DNA of 64,000 nucleotides from a virus: IMG/VR virus record IMGVR_UViG_3300050034_000403, positions 25,229 to 89,228 of that record; one strand, 5' to 3'. Shown piece by piece: positions 56,920 to 64,000 of this stretch (position 1 is its first letter; each line of letters starts with the position of its first letter). The notes under the pieces were generated by a model. It saw only the letters and a program-made list of their open reading frames with translations, ran no database searches and was not told where the DNA came from. The position numbers and the translations under genes were made by a program.

Positions 56920-57132
56920 TTACGCAGCTCTCTCGGCAGCACGCTCGGCCAGCCAGTGATCAATGTCGGCAGACAGCCAACCCATGGCACGCATGCTGAG
57001 CTTTACCGGAGCGGGGAAAGAACCCGACTTTTGGAGTGAATAGATCGTGCTAGCGCTCAGTCCGACCATCGCTACCACTTGCTTCTTACGCAGAATCGCT
57101 GGCGATCCTGGTACCTCGGTAGGTTTCTTCAT
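56920..57132 (-). CDS. AlpA-family regulator / excisionase
   Basis: ILRKKQV..MVGLSASTIY.....GSFPAPVKL..RAMGW...DI..WL. Confidence 0.9.
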   Translation of the reverse strand: MKKPTEVPGSPAILRKKQVVAMVGLSASTIYSLQKSGSFPAPVKLSMRAMGWLSADIDHWLAERAAERAA

Positions 57133-57314
57133 CTCAATATCCTCAAGCGAAACTACCGTGATTATTCGCGTTTTTTTTTGCTTTGCAAGCGGAATTTTTA
57201 AAACTAATGCTATAAGTCGAGATAAGTCGAGAATGAGCTAAAACGTCGAGGTAAAAAGGCCGGCGCACGGGGTATTTTCCCCTCGCGGCCGGCTCGTTTT
57301 TTTAAATTTTGTTG

Positions 57315-58592
57315 TTAGGCGGCGGGAATTTCTCGCGTTGCTTTATTGCGGCACTCGTCCAAAAAATCTGCCCAGGCTTGCATCATTTGTCGACGCGGTT
57401 CAAGATATTGCGCATAGTTGTAAGCCTGTGAAACCGTATCGCCAGCTCCAGAAACATGGGAAAGTTGCGTTTCAATGTGAAGATGATTGAAACCTTTCTC
57501 GTGCAGATAGGTCGATGCAAGACCTCGCCATCCATGCCCTGTCATCGTCCGATGATAGCCAAGGCGTTTCAGCGTATGCAGCAGGATGTTGCTGCAGATC
57601 GTCTTTGATGCGTGGCCACCAATACTCGGAAACATATATTCTCCAGAACCAGAGAGTTCGTAGAGTCGCTTGAACGCATCAAGACTCTGCCGCGAAAGTG
57701 GAACCAAGTGCGCTCTCTTTTCCTGTCTCCTGCCTTTCATCCGTTGCGGAGGAATAGCCCACAGCTTTTTTTCCCAATCGATTTCTTCCCAGCGTCCAGA
57801 AAGTAATTCTGTAGTACGCAAGAAGGTCAGACTCATCAGTTTCAGAGCAAGACACGTCACGGGATAGCCGGTGTTTTGATCCATCTTCTGAATTAGAGCA
57901 GGCAATTCAGAGAGCGAAATACGCGCAAAATGCCCTTTCACGGTTCTGGAAAGAATGTCCTCTGAACGGATACTCGTGGCGGGATTCAGACTGTTCCCGT
58001 CCAATATTCCATTATTCTGCCCCCAGGTAAAAATCTGCCGAATCGTCTGCAAATTGCGTCGAGCACTATCATGTGAACCCCGATCATCTGTTGCTCTAAT
58101 CGCATCCACAATATCCAGGCGCTGGATGTCTTCCGGGCGCATTTTACCAAGTCGCGGAATCGTATCGCCTTCCAGCCGACGTTGAACTCTATCGATATAC
58201 TTTTGGTTTTTGTCGTTTTTCCACCAAGCAAACCATTGCCGCGCCAGATTTTCAAAGTTCGGCTCGGTCGCTGTCTTTTTTTTCTTCGCAGCCAGCGCTT
58301 CTCGCAGCTCATGCTTGGCTTCCTGGCGCTCTGCCATAGGATCGGTGCCAGCGGCCAGCTTTGCCCGCGCCTCGGCGTGGAGGAGCCGTGCCTGGGCCAA
58401 AGATACGTCAGGATATTTGCCAAAGGCCATTTGCTTCTGCTTGCCTTCACAGCGGTACTTCCAGCGCCACAGCTTTCCACCAGTCGGTGCGATGAGCAAA
58501 TGAAGACCGCCGTGGTCAAAAATCTTGTAGGGCTTGGGCTTAACCGCTGCCTTTTCACACTGCAAGTTTGAAAGTTCACCCACTATTTTCAT
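57315..58592 (-). CDS. P4-like tyrosine integrase
   Basis: Arm-binding KPYKIFDHGGLHLLIAPTGGKLWRWKY...GKYPDVSLAQAR; catalytic LRTTE, HGWR, LSH and AYNYAQY. Confidence 0.95.
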   Translation of the reverse strand: MKIVGELSNLQCEKAAVKPKPYKIFDHGGLHLLIAPTGGKLWRWKYRCEGKQKQMAFGKYPDVSLAQARLLHAEARAKLAAGTDPMAERQEAKHELREALAAKKKKTATEPNFENLARQWFAWWKNDKNQKYIDRVQRRLEGDTIPRLGKMRPEDIQRLDIVDAIRATDDRGSHDSARRNLQTIRQIFTWGQNNGILDGNSLNPATSIRSEDILSRTVKGHFARISLSELPALIQKMDQNTGYPVTCLALKLMSLTFLRTTELLSGRWEEIDWEKKLWAIPPQRMKGRRQEKRAHLVPLSRQSLDAFKRLYELSGSGEYMFPSIGGHASKTICSNILLHTLKRLGYHRTMTGHGWRGLASTYLHEKGFNHLHIETQLSHVSGAGDTVSQAYNYAQYLEPRRQMMQAWADFLDECRNKATREIPAA

Positions 58593-58619
58593 GATTTCTA
58601 CCTGTTCCTTCTCCCCGAT

Positions 58620-58915
58620 GGCGTATTGGGGGCACACCGCATGAGTCAAAGTGTACCAAAAAATGCCCCCAGAAAAGCGCCGTTTACAGATGATCGTCCC
58701 CAACTCTCCTAAACGCTAATGATTCAAAAAGTCGATAGGCAAAAAGGAGAAATCCTTTGTTCTAAATGGGTTAGAAGGGTAAAAACAGGGGAGAAACGTC
58801 GAGATAAGTTTAGATTATATATGTGGAGTTGTGTCCTACCACGGAATACTTAGAACGAACAAAACAAAGGACTTATTCCTTGCTTTTTAAGAAGTGCCCC
58901 CAAAAATGTCCCAGC
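58620..58915. other. Putative attP region
   Basis: AT-rich non-coding gap upstream of the integrase with repeated TGCCCCCA/TGGGGGCA arm-type sites (about 58628, 58664, 58895). Confidence 0.5.
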
Positions 58916-58975
58916 ATCGGATTTTCTTTCAAAAAGTATGTCGGCGATCACTGAGAGCGATCGCCGACATACTTT

Positions 58976-59236
58976 TCAGAGGCATGCCCTGTTCTCTAGC
59001 GTAAGTATAGTCATAGAGTGCGGACGTTGTTCTAGCGTCTGCAAAAATACTTTTAATTCGGAGGCGCGGTAACGGTATGTGCACTTGCCATTGGAACCAA
59101 TCACAAAAGCAATGCAAGGGATTTTGCCTTCATGCGCCCAGCGCTTAATCGTGTTCACGCTAAAGCCGAGATATTTGGCCGCTTCTTTGGCATCGATCAG
59201 AGGTTCAAGCGGTGGTTCTGCAGATGCGATACCCAT
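58976..59236 (-). CDS. Excisionase-like HTH_17 protein
   Basis: LIDAKEAAKYLGFSVNTIKRWA.EGKIP......YRYR.SEL..F. Confidence 0.8.
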   Translation of the reverse strand: MGIASAEPPLEPLIDAKEAAKYLGFSVNTIKRWAHEGKIPCIAFVIGSNGKCTYRYRASELKVFLQTLEQRPHSMTILTLENRACL

Positions 59237-59975
59237 TTGCTGTACTCCTTCATGCTTCTACAAACTGTTCATTCTCAATCAATTTGCATTAACTATCCCT
59301 TTTTGAAACAGAATTCATCGGAAGTGTAGCATAAAGCAGCAAAAAATGTAAAATAACGTGAAAAAGATTTTTAGAGTGCAAAGAGGCACATAACAAAGGG
59401 CCAGCCACCGAGGAGAGACCAGCCCTTTGCAAAATAACCGCTTATGAAGAGCACCAGTTCAGAAGCGGCACCAGCACAGGCAAGAACTACCCGCCTGTTT
59501 GCATTGAACTTCCGTTCCGATTTTCTGTCAAGACTGTTTTTTGGCAGTCCGGAATCCGGACTGCCCCCACCGCGCACAGGATCAATTCGGCTTTTGGGAG
59601 CCACTTGGGGTTGGCATCGCGTAAAGGGCCAGCTGATCCAGAACCTGGTTTGAAAATTCTTTGGAAAACGATTCTTTCCATGGATCATCCAGGTGAAACG
59701 CCGTATGGGCCAGAATTCTCCCGGCGCACTTCGGGCAGCCAAACAAAAAGTGATCCCCCTCCACGACCTCGGGGTCGTTGCTATCCTGCATAACCCAGCA
59801 CAAAACCGCAGAGTGAATATCATGCTGCTTCAAAAGCGCTTCAAATGCTTTGGTGAATTCCTGGCTAGGCATCATGGTCTTCCCTCCCCCGAGCATCTTT
59901 CCCTCGGCTTACGCGGTGGCGCTCGGTTTATGCCTCGTGAGCGCCACTGTCAATGCCTTCAAATGAGCGTGTTGT

Positions 59976-60323
59976 TCAAGCCGTAGGGGCCTCAGGTGCC
60001 TTCGGCGCTTCTGGCTCGGTGGAAGGGGCAACATGATTATTCGTCCGCGTCCGACGTGGCTTATTCGATTTGTAGACATAAACGCTTTTGGAATTTGGCG
60101 GGCACGAAACCCACAAATTGTGGTTGTTGGCACTGCTGAAGGTTCGGATCACATTGGCTGCTTTTGCCGCCAAAATAGCGTTGGCAAAGTCTTCAATTGC
60201 GACCTTCGGCAGACCGTCTTCTCCCAGCGATGCATTCAACGCCGCATCAATCAACGGCTTATATTGATCGATATGCGACTTTTTCGGGAAAGCCTTGGTT
60301 TGATCCATCATGCGTAATGGCAT
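59976..60323 (-). CDS. Hypothetical protein
   Basis: 115 aa, AAGGAG RBS. Confidence 0.55.
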   Translation of the reverse strand: MPLRMMDQTKAFPKKSHIDQYKPLIDAALNASLGEDGLPKVAIEDFANAILAAKAANVIRTFSSANNHNLWVSCPPNSKSVYVYKSNKPRRTRTNNHVAPSTEPEAPKAPEAPTA

Positions 60324-60455
60324 ATTGACACAGCTCCTTGGTGCTATTTTTATTACGCAAAAATCATACGCTTTCTTTGCGCTTTTTCTCCCCTATTATG
60401 CGACCGTGGCCAAGAACAATAAACATCTGCGTTCTCTACCACGGCCGGCATGGGC

Positions 60456-61529
60456 TTACAGGAACAACTTGTCCGCAGGATCACTGCCCTTTTCTTGCTT
60501 TTTGCCAAACTGTTCTTGAATGGCATCGAGCACTTGCTGGAACTGATCCTGCCGGATCAAGTACCGATGCTGAACTTCAAACTCCTTGTCGAGAAACGCC
60601 TTGATCTGATCTTCTGTCAGGTTCAGCTTGCGCTGAATATCGAACAGCGTCACGGCATCTTCGAAAGAAATATGGATCTTGGGGTCATGGCCAGGCCGCG
60701 TCTCCCATTCTTCCCGCTTGCTGGGCTTTTTCTGACTCGCCTTCTTGCCCAGCGAGCAGTCCGCCGTGTGGCCATTCAGGGTGCGGCACTCCGCGCAAAT
60801 CTCCGCCTCTGGCGCCCGCTGCGTTCCTTCATGGCCATGGCCGCGATTGGGTTCTGAAGATACCTTGAGCGTGCCCAGCTCGCGCCGGGCTTTGTCCAGC
60901 TTGTGGTTTTCTGGCGGCAGAAATGCCGGTTCCTGCGTTGGCAGTTCTTCGTCCACATAGATCTGCCCCAGCTCCTCCGGCCAACCACGCCGAAGTGCCA
61001 GCCCCTCGGCGCACTTTGTGAGCTGATTTATCGGCATTTTTTCCCACATTGTGTTCGGTTCAACCTTGTTGGTGTTTCTGTTCCGCTTTGTTTGCACAAA
61101 TTCCCGGTAGAAGGCAGTCGCACCAAACTCGTGCCAAGCATTATCGTTTCGCGAGAACTTCTTTACCCAAACTGTCACGCGAAGATCTTCCTTGCCCGTG
61201 TCTTCCACCAGCGGCAGCTTTTCAGAAGGCATATAGAGTTCCGTCCGGTTGGCGATCGCGCGGTAGCCGTCGATACCAGTCTGGATGGTCATCTTGTCTG
61301 CATAGCCGCCCTTCTCTGTGTCCCAGGTCGAGCGCTTTACGGCATGGATTTGCCGCTGCAATGGGTCCAGATGCCGCATACGGGCTACGTGGCAAAACAG
61401 CGCAAATTCTTCGTCCGTCAACCCGGCCGCCACTGTACGTTTCACTAGATCCAGTTCGTTCTCCCACTCCCGGCTTACCTGAAGCTGGGCTGGGACAGAC
61501 GCATTTACTGCAATCGCTGTTTCAGGCAT
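60456..61529 (-). CDS. bet: Single-strand annealing protein (Red-beta/RecT family)
   Basis: LTDEEFALF......LDPLQRQIHAVKR...IQTGIDGYRAIANRT...W.KMP..QL.KCAE.LALRRGWP...GQIY.DEE. Confidence 0.9.
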   Translation of the reverse strand: MPETAIAVNASVPAQLQVSREWENELDLVKRTVAAGLTDEEFALFCHVARMRHLDPLQRQIHAVKRSTWDTEKGGYADKMTIQTGIDGYRAIANRTELYMPSEKLPLVEDTGKEDLRVTVWVKKFSRNDNAWHEFGATAFYREFVQTKRNRNTNKVEPNTMWEKMPINQLTKCAEGLALRRGWPEELGQIYVDEELPTQEPAFLPPENHKLDKARRELGTLKVSSEPNRGHGHEGTQRAPEAEICAECRTLNGHTADCSLGKKASQKKPSKREEWETRPGHDPKIHISFEDAVTLFDIQRKLNLTEDQIKAFLDKEFEVQHRYLIRQDQFQQVLDAIQEQFGKKQEKGSDPADKLFL

Positions 61530-62013
61530 TGGATTCCCTCCATGACTTGCCCTCGATAATTCGTTGAATGGTTTGGTATACGACCCCATAGCGAGCCGCA
61601 ATGTCTTTCAAAAAAAAGCCAGATTTGCGCAAGCGACGAATTTCTGCGACTTGGATCGCTGTTAACTTGGCGGCCGAACTATTTTCACCTCTAGGCCTGA
61701 CTTTGCAAGTGCGGCCTTTTCTAACGCAATCGCGCATATTGTCGCGATTGGTTCCGTCAAATAAATGAGCGGGATTGCAGCAGGGTGGATTGTCGCAATG
61801 ATGACACGCATTCAGCGCCTGATAGCCATGCGCTAAGAAAAACGAATGCCGATGGGCTTTTACATACCGTCGCGGATTAGCCATACGAAACTTTCCATAT
61901 CCGCCACGAGATCTTGACGCTGTCCATATCCAGCACGGACCGAGTTCAGGACAAGATTTTGGGATTGGCCCGTTTTTGTCAACTTTTGACCAAAATCTTT
62001 CCGTATCCGTCAT
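61522..62013 (-). CDS. HNH endonuclease
   Basis: RFWSKVDK...CWIWT...GYG...AHR.S....HHCDNPPCCNPAHL..GT..DNMRD...KGR. Confidence 0.9.
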   Translation of the reverse strand: MTDTERFWSKVDKNGPIPKSCPELGPCWIWTASRSRGGYGKFRMANPRRYVKAHRHSFFLAHGYQALNACHHCDNPPCCNPAHLFDGTNRDNMRDCVRKGRTCKVRPRGENSSAAKLTAIQVAEIRRLRKSGFFLKDIAARYGVVYQTIQRIIEGKSWRESNA

Positions 62014-63059
62014 TTGGATACCTCTGTGCCAATCTGTACCAGTACGGGATGTCTCACAAACGGACAGATCTGGTGATATCCGCACCATTTGCGATCGCAA
62101 CCCCACCAGCTTTGGTTGGCCGGCACAAAGACGCCGGTTTTCATGGCGTGGATCAAATTGGTGAAGCGGTTTAAAAATACCTGCACGTCGTCCATGTCGC
62201 GTGTGGTGATCGTGGGCACGTATTTTAATGTCGGCTTCGCGGCATTGGTGCGGACCAGAAAATCCAACACCATTTTGTCGGGCAATTTCCCGTCCACGAC
62301 GTAGCTGGCTAGGGAATAAGCAGTAAGCTGCTCGGAATCATCGGCCGTGCCCGCTTTATTGTTCCCGTCCATATAGGACGGAATAGGCGATTTGCCCGAT
62401 GTTTTTGTGTCACGGATGACGAGCAATTCCTTATCTCCGTCATGCACAATTTCCTGCACGTCCTGCTCACCCACGAAATCAACGCCTGTGCGGGCAGCGG
62501 CATTTAATGACCGCGCCTGTGCGTGCAGGATATTGGCCGCGTATTTGTCGGGCGTCGCTTCTGCCGAAGCGTGCAATTCTTTTGCCCGGGAGCGCAAAAA
62601 AGCGTCCATGTCCACGGAGAATTTACGGCGTGTGCGGACTGGCTGAATTTTCGGTGCCGCCTCGTCGTGGTGCAATCCGGACAAAGAAATCGCCTTGTCC
62701 TTTGCCTCGCCCAATACCTGGTCCAGGCTTTTGCCATCCTTTTTCTCGTCCTGATCGAGTTCGATGGGTTCGTTTTTCTGCTCCTGCTCGAACTTGGCGG
62801 CCGAGATCGCGAGCACGTCGTCGCGCTTCAACAGCTCCCCTGTCTCGATCTTGTGGTCGAGATCCTGCGTCACCGATTCGTCTGTGGATTTGCCCACCAG
62901 CAGAAACGCGTTCGGCGGCGACTTGATGCCGAGGATGTAGCAGAAAAGGAAGCGCTGGCCACAATCTGCGGCCATGTTCAGCGCAGAGACGTGGATCTGA
63001 CGGCGCTGTTTGGATTTAGGCGTAATTTGTTCGATAGAAGGAACGACAGAATCTCTCAT
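62010..63059 (-). CDS. PD-(D/E)XK exonuclease (RecB/AddB/Cas4-like, four Cys)
   Basis: S.L....DCGQRF, G..D......IRDTKTSG, QLTAY, C-terminal C...WCGY..IC; partner of Bet. Confidence 0.85.
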   Translation of the reverse strand: MRDSVVPSIEQITPKSKQRRQIHVSALNMAADCGQRFLFCYILGIKSPPNAFLLVGKSTDESVTQDLDHKIETGELLKRDDVLAISAAKFEQEQKNEPIELDQDEKKDGKSLDQVLGEAKDKAISLSGLHHDEAAPKIQPVRTRRKFSVDMDAFLRSRAKELHASAEATPDKYAANILHAQARSLNAAARTGVDFVGEQDVQEIVHDGDKELLVIRDTKTSGKSPIPSYMDGNNKAGTADDSEQLTAYSLASYVVDGKLPDKMVLDFLVRTNAAKPTLKYVPTITTRDMDDVQVFLNRFTNLIHAMKTGVFVPANQSWWGCDRKWCGYHQICPFVRHPVLVQIGTEVSK

Positions 63060-63140
63060 AGCGTCCTCAATAATTTGAGAGATAGTCTGAATCCAATTTT
63101 TTGTCTACTGTAAAAAATTAGAGTAGACGCGCAGCGGAGT

Positions 63141-63335
63141 TTGCCTTATGCTGCGCGCATGGAAAAGAAAACCAAGTTGACGAAAGCCGATCCAGATTTT
63201 TATAGAAAGATTGCCGCCATTGCCGGCAACAATCTGGTGCGCAAGAAGGGTACAGAATACTTCTCTAAGCTGGCGGCAAAAAGCCACCCACGCGATCATT
63301 ATTTTGGCGGACGCCCCAAGAAGAAAGTGGCGTAA
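63141..63335 (+). CDS. Small basic protein with KGG-like motifs
   Basis: DPDFYRKIAAIAG......KGTEYFSKLAAK. Confidence 0.5.
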   Translation: MPYAARMEKKTKLTKADPDFYRKIAAIAGNNLVRKKGTEYFSKLAAKSHPRDHYFGGRPKKKVA

Positions 63336-63392
63336 CCGATTCCTTTTTTTTGCTGCCGTGCTCATGAGGCGCGAGGTTGTCGCGATTACCGG

Positions 63393-64000
63393 GTTGCATC
63401 TATTCGATGCACTAAAACCGCATTGCTACGGTGGAATGTCCACTTCTTCGTCAGACGTATACAGTTGCATCTATCCGATGCACTAAAACTGCGTTGCTAC
63501 AATAATCTCCCAATGGAGTGGGAACCCGACTATGTTGCACTTGTCCAGTGCACTAAAACCGCGTTACTGCATCGGCTTTTTGTATTTCTCCGTGTTGACG
63601 ACAGGTTGCACTTGTCCAGTGCACTAAAACTGCGTTGCTACGCCTGTCCATAAAGAATAAGCCTGAGGACATTAAGTTGCACTTGTCCAGTGCACTAAAA
63701 CTGCGTTGCTACGCCCAATGTCTCCGATGATGCTCTCTGGACGAACGGGTTGCACTTGTCCAGTGCACTAAAACTTCGTTGCTACGAGGTGCCGAGATGG
63801 GCAAAGACAACATTTATGTGGTTGCATCTATCCGATGCACTAAAACTTCGTTGCTACCACCCAAGATGGTGAACACCGATGGGCGCTCCACCGTTGCATC
63901 TATGCGATGCACTAAAACTGCGCTGCTACCGTCTCAGACCGTTACAGGCATCAACGTATAAATGTTGCACTTGTCCAGTGCACTAAAACTACGTTGCTAC
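63393..64000 (-). CRISPR. CRISPR array 4: at least 9 repeats and 8 spacers (33-36 nt), runs to the window edge
   Basis: Repeat GTTGCACTTGTCCAGTGCACTAAAACTGCGTTGCTAC interspersed with the GTTGCATCTATCCGATGCACT variant; starts at 63393, 63464, 63534, 63605, 63676, 63749, 63821, 63893 and 63964. Confidence 0.95.

Noticed and set aside
62010-63059. PD-(D/E)XK four-Cys nuclease near array 4 as a CRISPR Cas4
   Set aside because: It lies in an operon with Bet, the usual Exo-Bet recombination arrangement, and there is no cas1 or cas2. A role in adaptation cannot be supported from sequence alone.
36701-63963. Self-targeting spacers
   Set aside because: No full-length spacer match within the window was noticed by eye; an alignment is needed to exclude it.

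Overview
The window is 64 kb of a temperate tailed (Caudoviricetes-type) phage genome. Its P4-like tyrosine integrase sits internally with phage genes on both sides, so this is probably the free or excised form with attP intact. Layout: (1) 1-19.4 kb, minus strand: virion module (exported fibre-like proteins, adaptor, decoration proteins, major capsid, scaffold, portal, terminase). (2) 19.8-22.3 kb: accessory genes, a degenerate CRISPR-like mini-array and a GNAT toxin-antitoxin pair. (3) 23.4-36.6 kb, plus strand: many small early or leading-region genes separated by repeated intergenic motifs, with a hammerhead ribozyme. (4) 36.6-63 kb, mostly minus strand: lysis, accessory, DNA modification, replication (primase-helicase with an intein), integration and recombination genes. 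The main feature is four separate CRISPR arrays of one 37-nt repeat family with no recognisable cas gene in the window. In the inferred minus-strand orientation the repeat is GTCGCAATGTAGTTTCAGTGCATCGAACAGATGCAAC, ending in a 3' hairpin plus AC. The repeats are unusually variable, with compensatory stem changes. One array has a classical adaptation leader; another is reduced to hairpin handles with short spacers behind its own promoter. Other highlights: an ice-binding DUF3494 domain inserted into a duplicated head protein, a triplicated structured leader in the late genes, two tRNA-like elements (one inside a CDS), a Gln-terminated intein and a catalytically degenerate resolvase. All family calls come from motif recognition by eye; no database search was run.
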